54,294 nt of DNA from a virus (IMGVR_UViG_3300020438_000053:1-54294), one strand, 5' to 3'; shown: positions 1 through 10,176, counted from the stretch's first letter. The notes: generated by a model from the sequence alone, not told the origin. Numbers and translations are program-made.

Positions 1-1
1 T

Positions 2-247
2 GAGATAGCTTTGTTCAGCGATGAGAACGGTGACAGCGGAGTGCTTAGCGCCACCGATGTTGCCGACATATACGGCGGGGGCGCTCCCGGAGACCTCACC
101 GCATACAAGCCCCGAAATTGGTATAGAATGGGAGACGGAACGGGTGATTCAGCTACCACTGTGTACGACAGGGGTTCGGACACAGGAACAACCACCGACA
201 TGACTTTGGTCAATGCTTCATACTCTACTGACGTGCCCCAGACATGA
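2..247 (+). CDS. C-terminal fragment of a LamG/concanavalin-like tail or virion protein (5' partial)
   Basis: Frame open from the window edge; WYRMGDG motif typical of the end of phage LamG-like domains. Confidence 0.5.
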   Translation, partial: EIALFSDENGDSGVLSATDVADIYGGGAPGDLTAYKPRNWYRMGDGTGDSATTVYDRGSDTGTTTDMTLVNASYSTDVPQT

Positions 248-480
248 AATACGTAATTATCAGTCAAGAGGAAGTCGCAAGTGTAAACTTTGGAAAAGTT
301 TTGGAGAATTCAGCCGATACCCTTCGATACAATGTCGAGGGAACTGAAACGGTTTTAAAATACTCCGGGTCTAAGCCCGGATTTCTATACGGAAAAGACA
401 CGCACACTCATTCTCAAATTTTAGAAATTATGAACACTGATGAGTGGATAATTCCTATTCCAGAGTCACCACCCGAATGA
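244..480 (+). CDS. conserved phage hypothetical protein
   Basis: 78 aa; ATGA-coupled to both neighbours. Confidence 0.7.
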   Translation: MKYVIISQEEVASVNFGKVLENSADTLRYNVEGTETVLKYSGSKPGFLYGKDTHTHSQILEIMNTDEWIIPIPESPPE

Positions 481-917
481 GACTGCTCGTTATACTAATG
501 CTCATTACTTTTACAGGATGCTCGGTTAAACAATGGTACCCGATGGGCGGTGCTATTGCTGGCGGTACTGTGGGATCTCTTGGGGGTCCGATATCGGCGG
601 GAGCGGGGGCTGGTTTAGGCTATGCGGCTGGGGTTGTCGCGGAAAAAGGAGGATCGAATCTCAAGGACACCGCCGAAACCTTGGAAGCGTTGTCCGAGGG
701 AGACGTAAAAAAACTTTTAGAATTAAAAATGGAGGATCATCAATCGGGATTTGAGGAGTTTACTTCAACCATTAAGAAAATCCTGATGGCGGCTGCTTGC
801 TTTCTTGGAATCTATTTACTGGTTCCCATTTTAGTAGCTCGACGATGCTCCAAGAACGAGGCTGAGAAGCACATGACTCGGGCACCGTTTCCAACCAACA
901 CAAGAGATAAAAAATGA
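477..917 (+). CDS. lipoprotein with glycine zipper and C-terminal TM helix (candidate unimolecular spanin)
   Basis: MRLLVILMLITFTGC lipobox; Gly-zipper; C-terminal hydrophobic ILMAAACFLGIYLLVPILVA followed by RR; start 477 overlaps the previous stop. Confidence 0.55.
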   Translation: MRLLVILMLITFTGCSVKQWYPMGGAIAGGTVGSLGGPISAGAGAGLGYAAGVVAEKGGSNLKDTAETLEALSEGDVKKLLELKMEDHQSGFEEFTSTIKKILMAAACFLGIYLLVPILVARRCSKNEAEKHMTRAPFPTNTRDKK

Positions 918-1030
918 AAAATCTTAAGTTACTGAAAGAGTACTACACCGGACTTTCTCACACCGGAAAAGCATTATGTATACTAGCTGGACTAGTCGTT
1001 GTAATAGGAATTTTGGAGTTAATAACGTGA
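914..1030 (+). CDS. small single-TM membrane protein (38 aa; holin/antiholin-like)
   Basis: MKNLKLLKEYYTGLSHTGKALCILAGLVVVIGILELIT; ATGA/GTGA coupling on both sides; below the ORF-track cutoff. Confidence 0.55.
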   Translation: MKNLKLLKEYYTGLSHTGKALCILAGLVVVIGILELIT

Positions 1031-1176
1031 GAGACGGTTTTCTAGCTGTAACAGGGACGGGCGGTACGTTCGTTCTAACTGATATGAACCCGTATCTGGC
1101 TTTCACTTGCGGAGTTCTTACACTTATACATGTCTCGTTTTCTCTTTTAAAAATGTGGAAAGATCGTAGAAAATAA
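1027..1176 (+). CDS. small holin-like membrane protein (49 aa)
   Basis: GTG start overlapping the upstream stop; hydrophobic segments and basic C-terminus KMWKDRRK. Confidence 0.5.
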   Translation: MRDGFLAVTGTGGTFVLTDMNPYLAFTCGVLTLIHVSFSLLKMWKDRRK

Positions 1177-1180
1177 AATC

Positions 1181-1224
1181 CACAACCGGTTACATTAACC
1201 ATTCGAACACACTATGGTGCGGGA
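1181..1224 (+). promoter_or_regulatory. putative late promoter (CACAACCGGTT box + TATGGT -10), leaderless
   Basis: Box begins exactly 44 nt before ATG 1225; same geometry at five other genes. Confidence 0.7.
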
Positions 1225-2214
1225 ATGGAAACCGAAACCGCGGTGGTTGATTCCCCGCAAGAACCAGTAACCAGCATCGAGGACGCGTCATCAAACGACC
1301 TCCGAGAAGCACTAGGAGTAACCGAGGAGGTCTCGCAAGAGATGTCCCCAGAACACGCTGCCGAACAGCAGCCCGAGGTCGAAGGCCCACAGCCCGAGGT
1401 CGGAGGCGAAAGTGAGGAAGATCGTCTAGCTAAAAGACGAATTCGACCGAGGAACGAGTTAGATCAGCAGGTAATTGACCTATACAGGTCAAATGCTTTT
1501 GGCGGAACTTTCGAAGACGCCTCTCGAATCATCTATAACCAGACGGGACCAGCTCCACCTAGTAATTTACCACCGCAGGAAGCCGAGGCGCCGCCGCCCG
1601 ACCCTTACGACGGACAGGTAAGTGAACTAAAGAGTCAGATCACCGAACTTGAAGAAAAGGTAGCTACAGCAGCCGAAGACCTTGAGACGACCGAAGCGCT
1701 GAGACTTCAGCGTGAGATCATGCACAAGGAACTCGAGATGAGGTCGTTAACTGATCGAAAAGAACGGGAGATGGAAGCTCTATCTCATCAAGCCTACAAC
1801 ACCCACCAAGAAAAAACGGTGGAGAGTCGAGACAAAGTATACGAACGGTTTCCCGAATTGCAGGATAAGACTCACATTATTCGCAAGCAATTCGACGAGT
1901 ACGTACGTGTAGCTCACGGAGATCCCGACTACGCAACTGTGTTCGAGTCACCTAAGTGGCCTGAACTTTTGGCTAACGAATTTGCATCTCATTTTGCCCC
2001 GCCACCGGGTCCGCAGGCTGAAACGCCGCAACCCCCACCGCATCAGGCACCTCAGATGGGAACTCAAGCCAGAGTTTTGACAACCGGCACAGCGGCACAA
2101 CCTGCTAACGCTCCGCTAACCGCGAACGGCGTGGCTGCGCAACTTCCGAATTTATCCTCTCAAGACCTTTATAAGCTCTTAGGATCCGCCGGGGGAGCCC
2201 AGCCAAACCGATAA
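1225..2214 (+). CDS. capsid scaffolding protein
   Basis: Acidic, coiled-coil and Pro-rich; directly upstream of the major capsid gene. Confidence 0.7.
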   Translation: METETAVVDSPQEPVTSIEDASSNDLREALGVTEEVSQEMSPEHAAEQQPEVEGPQPEVGGESEEDRLAKRRIRPRNELDQQVIDLYRSNAFGGTFEDASRIIYNQTGPAPPSNLPPQEAEAPPPDPYDGQVSELKSQITELEEKVATAAEDLETTEALRLQREIMHKELEMRSLTDRKEREMEALSHQAYNTHQEKTVESRDKVYERFPELQDKTHIIRKQFDEYVRVAHGDPDYATVFESPKWPELLANEFASHFAPPPGPQAETPQPPPHQAPQMGTQARVLTTGTAAQPANAPLTANGVAAQLPNLSSQDLYKLLGSAGGAQPNR

Positions 2215-2282
2215 GTAGTTAGGGGAGTACCAACAACTAACAGTACTCATAGCGTAATACATACGCATAACTATATTATACA

Positions 2283-3776
2283 ATGCCTGATAAAACATTC
2301 CCAGCAGACAACGCTGGTGCCGGTCTTTCCGGCGACAACGTTGATCTAATCCAAAACGCTACGTCCTACGCCGAACTCTTGAAAGGCGCCACAAGCGCTG
2401 ATCGAGGCAACGACGAACTGCGCACTAAAATCTGGTCTGAACTCGTAACGAGGGATGCCCGGGAAAAAAACGTGTTCGCAAAATTCATCGGCGGCGAAGG
2501 AAGTGACAAACCTATAACTGAAAAGCGCGACCTATCTGCAGGCGGTTCCGACCGTGTTGTCTTCACTACGGTAGCTCCAATTCGCGGACAAGGTGTCCGG
2601 GGAGAAGCGGTTCTGAAGAACTCTACGGATACGCTCGATTTCGATACCTTCCACATGGAAATCGATCTCGTTCGCCACGCAGTAGCTTGGACGCAAGTCT
2701 TGAAGCTTATGCGCTTCACAGGCAAAACCATCGACCAGCTTTCGGCTGAAGTCATGACTGAATGGATGGCTCGTACTGAGCAAGACCACATCATGCTTGC
2801 ACTTCGCCAAACCTGCTTGAATTCCGCTAATGTTGGAAGCAATCTGATTTCCGCTTATGGCGCTTCCGGAGATCTTAAGTACTCCGAAGGTTTGTCCACA
2901 GACATTATTCAGGAAGCCAAGCAAGCTCTTATTGCTGGTGGAGGTGAGCCCATGAATACCGGAGGAGACGTTAACCAGGAAATTCCAGGTTATTTGTTCT
3001 TCGCGGCCGATGCATGTCTTCGTCCTCTACGCAGTGACCCCGACTACTTGGAAGCAATCACACAAGCTGACGCTCGTGGTGAAAACAACAAGTTGTACAC
3101 AGGTTCATATGCCAAGTGGGACAACAACGTAATCGCAAACCACAACGTGATCATGGATTCAGCTCGCGGCCGTCAAGGCAGCCCGCTTCTTCCTTCGTTC
3201 TCGAACTTCACAGCTATAGCTGACGCTGCGACATCAATCGGTGAAGCTGGTGGAGATTACATGGCTAACTTCGTTGGTGCCGATGTAAAAATTCCTGGTG
3301 GAGGCGGTGACAATGCCGCGCTAGAAGCCGGAACTAAATACATCCTCGGCATCAAGCCAAACGGCGAGTTCCGCTTGTACAGCTACACGAACGGCCTCTT
3401 CAACGCTGACATGAGTGCAATCGAAGGTGCTACTTACGTTGACATCTCCGGTTCTATAACCGCAGGCACCCAATCCTCGGACAACGCGTTCCCAGCCGGG
3501 TCTACGTTCGTTCAAGCTAACTCGATCGGAACTCCGATTGGTTACGCTATGGCCGCCGGAAGAGACGCTCTCTACTACGCTAAAGGTAGCGTATTTGGAG
3601 AACAAATCTTCCACTACGATGACTTCGCTAACTCAGGAAACCAAGCCCACTTGTCGGCTGTAGGTGTTCAATCCGTTTACGGAATGGCCGCTCGCAAAGA
3701 CACTCGTGGCAGGATCCCCGGAGTTCAGCTTGTCGAAGTGGTGCGCCAAGTACCAGGGTTTACGTTTGCTAACTAA
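2283..3776 (+). CDS. major capsid protein (N4 gp56/DUF4043-like, HK97 fold)
   Basis: 497 aa; DLSAGGSDRVVF...GQGVRGEAVL N-terminal pattern; biased codon use; follows the scaffold gene and precedes a hairpin terminator. Confidence 0.8.
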   Translation: MPDKTFPADNAGAGLSGDNVDLIQNATSYAELLKGATSADRGNDELRTKIWSELVTRDAREKNVFAKFIGGEGSDKPITEKRDLSAGGSDRVVFTTVAPIRGQGVRGEAVLKNSTDTLDFDTFHMEIDLVRHAVAWTQVLKLMRFTGKTIDQLSAEVMTEWMARTEQDHIMLALRQTCLNSANVGSNLISAYGASGDLKYSEGLSTDIIQEAKQALIAGGGEPMNTGGDVNQEIPGYLFFAADACLRPLRSDPDYLEAITQADARGENNKLYTGSYAKWDNNVIANHNVIMDSARGRQGSPLLPSFSNFTAIADAATSIGEAGGDYMANFVGADVKIPGGGGDNAALEAGTKYILGIKPNGEFRLYSYTNGLFNADMSAIEGATYVDISGSITAGTQSSDNAFPAGSTFVQANSIGTPIGYAMAAGRDALYYAKGSVFGEQIFHYDDFANSGNQAHLSAVGVQSVYGMAARKDTRGRIPGVQLVEVVRQVPGFTFAN

Positions 3777-3817
3777 CTTCCCATCCACATCAGCGACTAT
3801 TTTAGTCGCTAACCGCC

Positions 3818-3856
3818 GGCTCTCCTCCCTATCGGGGGGAGAGCTTCGGTGTTTTT
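3818..3856 (+). terminator. putative intrinsic terminator after the capsid gene
   Basis: GCTCTCCTCCC/GGGGGGAGAGC stem followed by a T-rich tract. Confidence 0.5.
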
Positions 3857-3863
3857 AGATTTT

Positions 3864-4187
3864 ATGAAGATTATAATAATAGGTAAAAGAGATACTATGG
3901 GCACTACGCCTAACATTCGCGTCAAAGGTGTTTCACGCCTTTCCTACAATTTTTTGTGGGATCCGAAAATACGGCACTATGCGTATGAACCTAAAGACCA
4001 AGCGCAAGTAAATGACATCTTTCGCTCGCAGGGCAGAGTGTATCGGCATATATTTTTCTCGGCATGGCTACCCGAACCCGAGCCGGAGCCCGAGGTTGAA
4101 GAGCCCAAGGCCGAGGTTGTAGAGCCAAAGGTCAAAAGAACCCCTAAGAAAAAAGTTAAAAAAGCGGTTGCGGTAGACAACCGATAG
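3864..4187 (+). CDS. hypothetical virion-associated protein
   Basis: ATG at 3864; PE repeats and Lys-rich tail. Confidence 0.6.
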   Translation: MKIIIIGKRDTMGTTPNIRVKGVSRLSYNFLWDPKIRHYAYEPKDQAQVNDIFRSQGRVYRHIFFSAWLPEPEPEPEVEEPKAEVVEPKVKRTPKKKVKKAVAVDNR

Positions 4188-4219
4188 GCTAACGGGGCAT
4201 GGTAGGTTAGCGTACCTAC
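4176..4219 (+). promoter_or_regulatory. putative late promoter (GACAACCGAT + TAGCGT), leaderless
   Basis: Box 44 nt before ATG 4220. Confidence 0.6.
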
Positions 4220-4972
4220 ATGGCCGTAATTACTTACAAAGCGTTACAGGATCAGCTCGCCTCCATGCTAGGAGCGGACGGTGCATCTGATTTACCCCCC
4301 GTTGATCAAACGCGACTCGGGATATTTATAAACCAAGCGTATCGGGAGTGCTATCTTCCCATAGACGGCCGAAGACCTCAATGGGCATCGCGAAAACTGA
4401 CCTTAAGTTACGCTAAAGAACAAAAGTCAGCAGAACTGGGCACGGATGTAATTGACGTCGACAAAATACCTGAGCTAGACGGCCTTGGACCTTTGAGCCC
4501 CATGTCGGGACCAGAGGACGAAATCCGAATTCGCTCGCACTACAGCTCAGATTTCAAAGCCCCCGGGCTAAGAGGGCTGGGCTTCCCTAATTTCGAAGGA
4601 ATAGAGCCTGAAGTCAGCCGACCCATCTGGTATTACGTCGACACTACCGACAGCGGAACCGACAGCGAAGTGATGCCTAGACTATTTTTATACCCGATAC
4701 CCGATCAGGCATACACGGTAACTCTTCGAGCCAACGTAATGCCTGCGGAACTATCATTTGACTCCGATAAACCTAGGCTTCCCGGAGACGTTGTGTGGGA
4801 CATATTGTTCCCGCTCGCTCAAGAAAAAATGCTAGCTGATCCTAGGTACAACGGAGCAAACAAAGAACTACTCGTGCTGGCAGCTCAAAACGCTCGAAAA
4901 AGACTGTCTACGCTAGCCTCTGCCCAAAAACACAAAGGCTCTATGAGGCTGGTAAAACGCGGAGGCTGGTGA
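4220..4972 (+). CDS. head-to-tail adaptor protein
   Basis: N-terminal helices ...FINQAYRE, then P.WYY..LFLYPIPDQAYTV pattern of podoviral adaptors; position after capsid. Confidence 0.6.
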   Translation: MAVITYKALQDQLASMLGADGASDLPPVDQTRLGIFINQAYRECYLPIDGRRPQWASRKLTLSYAKEQKSAELGTDVIDVDKIPELDGLGPLSPMSGPEDEIRIRSHYSSDFKAPGLRGLGFPNFEGIEPEVSRPIWYYVDTTDSGTDSEVMPRLFLYPIPDQAYTVTLRANVMPAELSFDSDKPRLPGDVVWDILFPLAQEKMLADPRYNGANKELLVLAAQNARKRLSTLASAQKHKGSMRLVKRGGW

Positions 4973-4973
4973 A

Positions 4974-6335
4974 GTGTCCCTAGACCTTAGAATACGACCT
5001 CTCGGTCGTCCGAAAATAACTAAGGACAATGCCCTTGGGTTACAGCGCCTAAGTCGACGGTATGTGGTCGAAGGCCCTAAAGTAACTAAAACCGGAATAA
5101 ACGGGACTCTTGATGGAACCGCGTTGTTTTTGGAGGTAGGTAAACCCGACGAGGAATTTACTGACCATTACTTAATCAACCAACAGATAGAGCCCGGTAA
5201 GACCGTGGACAAAGCCTACTTAACTCGGCAATACGCTCAGTTAAGAAATACGTGGCATTCTGAGCAATCGAGCCAAACTGCGTTTTTAAAAACTCTGTAC
5301 CGAAAATATACAGTGCTCCGCAAAAAAGACGACGTGTTAGGGTATGACGAAACTGCGTGGGGGATGCACCCAGTTAACTCCCTAGGAGGGTCCGACTCAC
5401 ACGATCCTTGGGACTTCCTTCCGCAAATAATAAAAAACACAAGCCCTACGACTTCGTATACCGTTGAGGACATCGTAAAAGCGGCGGAAGCATACCCAAA
5501 GCAATTCGAAGTTGACGATAACGTAATTCAACAATTTGGCGCAGACCTAGTAAACTACATACCTCTTCAAAATTTAGAGTGGATGCCCGCCAATGTTTCA
5601 ATAGACACGTCTAACCCCGGGGTCGACCTATGGGCGGTGTCGTGGAAACTCCCAAGTACCCCGAGCTGGTCTTTCGCTACGGGAAAGGGAGGGTCGTTTA
5701 AACTACCTCAGTTTGTTGATTTTGATGAATCCGGTTTTCACGTGCGAGGGTCTGCGGGGGCAGGAACTTCTTCAAAAAGCGCTTACAACTTTACGTTCTT
5801 TTACACAGGTGCCAACCCTCCCGCTATATTTACCCAAGCAGCGGGGGGAGGGCAGGGGACACCTACCGTCAGTATGGATTTTTACTTTCAAGGAGTAGAC
5901 GGCAGGGTTCAAACATTTAAGAGCACCTTTCCAAATTCCATTTTTAGCTACGGAGTGAATATGAGTGCGTATCTAAAATTCGAATCAAACACCCCAAACC
6001 CAGACGCTGGGATTGGAGTGATGGAAAAAGTCGCGATAGCGAAAAAATCGGGAGCTGCCGGCGAGCTTGTGTTTGGCTGGGACGCCGTAAACCCTTCTCC
6101 TGAGTACGTAAAGGCTAACGGCTATATCATTCCGTTAGCGGACTTTGACAAAATGCCTCACTTTCAAGGGCGTCCAATAGTCAAAGCCGGTGGTAATATA
6201 ACATGGTCTTCAGGTTACAACACCTCTGGCGGTTCCGCTGGGGTAATCCCCACTCGGATCGTGGGCTCTCAAATTAAAGCGGTGCATTCACACAAGGGCA
6301 AACGTATCTGGGTTATTCAACTGACCTTTTTATAA
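4974..6335 (+). CDS. putative virion structural protein
   Basis: 453 aa ORF in the structural operon. Confidence 0.6.
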   Translation: MSLDLRIRPLGRPKITKDNALGLQRLSRRYVVEGPKVTKTGINGTLDGTALFLEVGKPDEEFTDHYLINQQIEPGKTVDKAYLTRQYAQLRNTWHSEQSSQTAFLKTLYRKYTVLRKKDDVLGYDETAWGMHPVNSLGGSDSHDPWDFLPQIIKNTSPTTSYTVEDIVKAAEAYPKQFEVDDNVIQQFGADLVNYIPLQNLEWMPANVSIDTSNPGVDLWAVSWKLPSTPSWSFATGKGGSFKLPQFVDFDESGFHVRGSAGAGTSSKSAYNFTFFYTGANPPAIFTQAAGGGQGTPTVSMDFYFQGVDGRVQTFKSTFPNSIFSYGVNMSAYLKFESNTPNPDAGIGVMEKVAIAKKSGAAGELVFGWDAVNPSPEYVKANGYIIPLADFDKMPHFQGRPIVKAGGNITWSSGYNTSGGSAGVIPTRIVGSQIKAVHSHKGKRIWVIQLTFL

Positions 6336-7453
6336 TGGACGAAGAAATTCGCGAGGAAGAAAAGGCTCGACAGCAAGAGCTCTTGGAGGAGTTACAAGCT
6401 GAAGTAGAAGCCATAAGGGAAGAAATTTCCGACCTTAACGAGCCTACTGCTTTTACATACGACGAGCCTATAAGACCTGCCGTCACTCATTTTATGAAGG
6501 ACCTAGAGGACGGTGCCAGCGTTGACGTTGTGCAAGATGCGTTCGTAAATTTCGTAAAGGATCGGCATGCACAAAAAGCGGAGGACTTGCCCGTGTCCGT
6601 GTCCTTGCCCGACAGCACTGATCTAATCGTTGCTAAATACGGGGACTGCTTAAAGTTTTGCTACCTTTTACGAGTCGACGGTTTTAATCAGCCGAAAGTG
6701 CCGGACAGTTTAGACACTTTAATCCGGGAAGAAGACGTGGGCGGTAAAGGAGAGGCTAAGGGACCTCCCAAAATGGCTTTTATATTCTGGGATAATTGTA
6801 CAGGCGAGGAAACAGACTGCGCGTGCGAATCCATTACGTCGATCGGAGAGTATGAGTGGGACGTGGTAACACAGGAGGGATGCAAGTCTTTTAATATATT
6901 GACCTCCGTATCGAAAGAAGATTCAAGCGGAGGCACTCAGCTAAAGTTCAAAGAGCGCGAAATCCACATAGACAAATGCGGAAAGGTGCTAAAACTAGGA
7001 CCGGAAAGTGACGTGGATATAACTGTGCCGTGCTGCGACCCTACCTCCGATCTTTGCCCAGAGGAGAACAATACGTACACTCTGGTATTTAAGACGTGGA
7101 CTGAAACTGGAGCGAACCATCCACTGTGGAGTCATCTAAATTGCCGTAAGGAAGTGGATAATGTTTTATACAGACCCTACAGGGGCGGCACTTTTACATT
7201 TACGAGAGCTACTGGTTTATACACAGCGCCCGACATCAATGCAGATGCGTGGAACAGGGAGCAACCAAATTGGTGTACCTCTTTTACAGAAACAGCCACA
7301 ACTGGGGCGACTCTCTCGTACGACTCAACCAACGAGCGGTGGAATGTCGACGTAGGTAGTTTTTTTGCAGGCTCCGTACCCGGATGCTCCCCCATAATAA
7401 CCGGAAGTACAGGTACTCAAAATGTATATTATACTGAATACTCCATAGCATAA
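6335..7453 (+). CDS. putative tail-associated protein, Cys-rich
   Basis: 372 aa; N-terminal coiled coil; beta-rich, Cys-rich C-terminus. Confidence 0.55.
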   Translation: MDEEIREEEKARQQELLEELQAEVEAIREEISDLNEPTAFTYDEPIRPAVTHFMKDLEDGASVDVVQDAFVNFVKDRHAQKAEDLPVSVSLPDSTDLIVAKYGDCLKFCYLLRVDGFNQPKVPDSLDTLIREEDVGGKGEAKGPPKMAFIFWDNCTGEETDCACESITSIGEYEWDVVTQEGCKSFNILTSVSKEDSSGGTQLKFKEREIHIDKCGKVLKLGPESDVDITVPCCDPTSDLCPEENNTYTLVFKTWTETGANHPLWSHLNCRKEVDNVLYRPYRGGTFTFTRATGLYTAPDINADAWNREQPNWCTSFTETATTGATLSYDSTNERWNVDVGSFFAGSVPGCSPIITGSTGTQNVYYTEYSIA

Positions 7454-7605
7454 TGACAAAAAAAGAAGAATCTAAAGGGCTAGGCGACACTGTTAAAAAG
7501 GTGACTACTAAGCTGGGCATCAAGCAATGCAACTCTTGTAAAAAGCGTCAAGAAGCTCTCAACCGGTTGGTTCCGTACAAGAAACCTAATAGAAAAGAAG
7601 GATGA
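7453..7605 (+). CDS. small basic CxxC protein (50 aa)
   Basis: MTKKEESKGLGDTVKKVTTKLGIKQCNSCKKRQEALNRLVPY...; the GLGDT..C..C..RQ..LN pattern is common in aquatic phages; coupled to both neighbours. Confidence 0.7.
   Translation: MTKKEESKGLGDTVKKVTTKLGIKQCNSCKKRQEALNRLVPYKKPNRKEG
7558..7601 (+). promoter_or_regulatory. putative late promoter (CTCAACCGGTTG box) inside the upstream ORF
   Basis: Box 44 nt before ATG 7602; weak -10 (TAGAAA). Confidence 0.5.
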
Positions 7606-9809
7606 GGTTTTTCCGGATACCTAACTTCACCGGGATCGAATCGCATCGCGATGACGCCGATCGCGGTACCCTTCGCATAGCCGAAGGATGTATCCCTTCT
7701 GGGCCGGGAGGATTGCGAAGCGGTCCTGTGTGGACGGATCTGGGAAGCGTCTCGCAATATTCCACGACCGATTCAAATTGGCTATCCGGAGCTAACGACG
7801 GCAAAGGCAACTCTTTGCTATTCGCTAGTCGAAACGGAATCGTTCATGACACAAAGTGCTTTCCCTCCGCTAACACTAAATTGGGCGACCTTGGGACGTC
7901 TTTCCAAGTAGCGGTTCCAGGCGGGGATATAAACACTTTTAATACCGAAGAAGCATACATATCTTCCGTAGGGAATCAGGAAATAAGTTGGGGCGACGGG
8001 TCCGACCAAGCAATGTTTGGGGGAGCGGATATCGCAAGCTATTTGAACACCAACTCCTACCCTGAGAATACCATATATAAAATGGAATATTCTCAATTCC
8101 CGAAGTGTAAATTTTTTATAGTTGGCCCCAGTAAATGTATTTTTGCATCGGGCAACCCGTCAAAACCTTTAACTATTTATATATCGGAACCCGCAGGTCT
8201 TACGGTGCCTGAACGAGACTCCCCCTATTCCACCGAGTTAGCTACGTCAGCCAACACTCCCGGCATCTTATCTACAGTAGATATATTGATGTCGAACGCT
8301 ACGAAAATTACGGCTTTGTCAAACAGAGGTAATCAGGTAATCGTACACACCGACGCGGGCGCTTTTTTACTATACGCCCCTACGCCAGATCAAGCGGAAG
8401 ATGGTTACAGGGTAGCGCAAGCTCCGTCTACGGTTACTTCCGCAGCAGTCAACCAAAGCGTCACCGGGGGTGAGGACGGCACACAACCCTTTTATCTAGG
8501 GCACGATGGTCAAATTTACAAAGATGAAGCGTCAAGCCGAGGGTCGGAAGAGACTGACCGATATTCTGATCCCGATCAGGCTAGTTGGAAGGCCAAGGGT
8601 CGATGGGAGAAGGGTCACCCCGTAGACCTATCTAAATCATTTGCGGCGTATGACCCTGAAAGCGGTCAATACTGGGCGTATTTAGAAAACGAGGATTACG
8701 CTCGATATGCGCAACGAATCCCTCCTGCAACCCCTACTGGCTTCACCGTCGGAGAAGCCCCCTCGGCACCTACGGCTTTGGACGCCGTATTTGACTTGGG
8801 CTCAATAGCTCCCACGGCACCTACTTCTTTAGAAACTGTTCTAGACCGATCGTCCATAGAACCTTCAGCCCCATTCAATTTTAAGCTGTCCGCAGAACTG
8901 CTAGAGCCGTCAGCACCTACAAGACTGCGGCTGTCCCCGGTTTCAGATGCGCCTTCCGAACCTACGGATTTCGGGGCGGCAGTAGACGGGGCTACGTTAG
9001 CGCCGACGACTCCGACGCTACTTGAAGCCCTTGAAATAATCGCAGTTCCAGCAGGTCCGACATCTTTTCGGGCTCTAGCGTCTCTCGCCTTGCCCTCCGC
9101 TCCGACAGCTTTTGAAGCTATTCATACACTAGCCTTTCCCGCGACACCGTCCGCTTTTGGAGCTGTCGTAGACCCATCTACTATAGTTCCATCCGCTCCG
9201 ACAGCTTTTGAAGCTATTCATACACTAGCCTTTCCAGCGACACCGTCCGCTTTTGGAGCTGTCGTAGACCCTTCTACTATAGCCCCATCAGCGCCTACCA
9301 ATTTAGGTGTTGTTGTAGACCCTGCTACTATAGCTCCATCCGCTCCAACGGGTCTTGAAGCGGCAGACAGTTGCAACCTAGCCGCTCCATGCGCTGGGTA
9401 CTACGCCGGTGGGTACAGTGTATATGTAAACGTACGCACGTACGGAGCGCAACCCGGCGGGGACGGGTATTTCGAAGGCAGAATCAAGATGCTGCCTGAC
9501 AGCACGGTCAACCATGACGATGATTTTGGGCACCCCGACTACGAAGGCAAATTGCAATACCATTTTCCGGATAGACACTACCCCTACGCAAACCTTCCTG
9601 TCAGAATTTATAAGCCCATGGGAGGCCCTAAAAAAACGGAACTGCGGATTAAATACGCAGCCCCCAATAACCGCGTGTGGACGGTACAATACTTTAAATC
9701 GTGGGCTGCTTCGGGAGCGTGTAGCACCGGTAGATGTTGGGCTGCGGGCACGTATTACGCAGACACTAGCTTCCCGGGATTTGCTAATAGCTACATAGTA
9801 GTTACGTAG
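7602..9809 (+). CDS. tail protein: nozzle/stabilisation-like N-terminal part, PSAPT repeats, variable C-terminal domain
   Basis: 735 aa; FTGI..R N-terminus and beta-propeller-like pattern; about 14 P(S/T)APT units. Confidence 0.6.
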   Translation: MRFFRIPNFTGIESHRDDADRGTLRIAEGCIPSGPGGLRSGPVWTDLGSVSQYSTTDSNWLSGANDGKGNSLLFASRNGIVHDTKCFPSANTKLGDLGTSFQVAVPGGDINTFNTEEAYISSVGNQEISWGDGSDQAMFGGADIASYLNTNSYPENTIYKMEYSQFPKCKFFIVGPSKCIFASGNPSKPLTIYISEPAGLTVPERDSPYSTELATSANTPGILSTVDILMSNATKITALSNRGNQVIVHTDAGAFLLYAPTPDQAEDGYRVAQAPSTVTSAAVNQSVTGGEDGTQPFYLGHDGQIYKDEASSRGSEETDRYSDPDQASWKAKGRWEKGHPVDLSKSFAAYDPESGQYWAYLENEDYARYAQRIPPATPTGFTVGEAPSAPTALDAVFDLGSIAPTAPTSLETVLDRSSIEPSAPFNFKLSAELLEPSAPTRLRLSPVSDAPSEPTDFGAAVDGATLAPTTPTLLEALEIIAVPAGPTSFRALASLALPSAPTAFEAIHTLAFPATPSAFGAVVDPSTIVPSAPTAFEAIHTLAFPATPSAFGAVVDPSTIAPSAPTNLGVVVDPATIAPSAPTGLEAADSCNLAAPCAGYYAGGYSVYVNVRTYGAQPGGDGYFEGRIKMLPDSTVNHDDDFGHPDYEGKLQYHFPDRHYPYANLPVRIYKPMGGPKKTELRIKYAAPNNRVWTVQYFKSWAASGACSTGRCWAAGTYYADTSFPGFANSYIVVT
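9093..9284 (+). repeat. 96-bp near-perfect tandem duplication (32 aa)
   Basis: PSAPTAFEAIHTLAFPATPSAFGAVVDPSTI twice, starting at 9093 and 9189. Confidence 0.9.
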
Positions 9810-9811
9810 CT

Positions 9812-9855
9812 CACAACCGTTTGACTTAACTAACCACAACTAGGAGAATGCACAC
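9812..9855 (+). promoter_or_regulatory. putative late promoter (CACAACCGTTTG + GAGAAT)
   Basis: Box 44 nt before ATG 9856; an AGGAG is also present. Confidence 0.6.
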
Positions 9856-10176
9856 ATGTCAGTAACAGTAAATTTAAGATGGACACCCGGCAGCGGTGGA
9901 GGAACCGTAACAGGGTATGCAATATACCGAAAGACCGGGGGATCGGCTGCCGACCTCGAGAACGATGTCGTGAACGACACGACATTAAAGGACGGGATCG
10001 ACAACCTCTCAGACTTTGTCGCAGACGGTTCAGATTGGACTTACGCCGACACCGGGCTTGCACCGGCCACGACATACAGCTATGTTGTTAAGGCTAAAAA
10101 TTCCACTGGGTTTTCCGCCGCAGCGACGGCTAGCGACTCCAACGGCGGAACAGTAGCAACCGTTACGACGGTTTAA
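9856..10176 (+). CDS. stand-alone fibronectin type III domain protein (virion decoration)
   Basis: V.L.W...GY.IYR...Y.DTGL.P.TTYSY.V.A.N..G.S Fn3 signature. Confidence 0.85.
   Translation: MSVTVNLRWTPGSGGGTVTGYAIYRKTGGSAADLENDVVNDTTLKDGIDNLSDFVADGSDWTYADTGLAPATTYSYVVKAKNSTGFSAAATASDSNGGTVATVTTV

Noticed and set aside
9093-9809. Diversity-generating retroelement template/variable repeat
   Set aside because: The repeats are tandem and in-frame, differences are not adenine-specific, and no reverse transcriptase is present.
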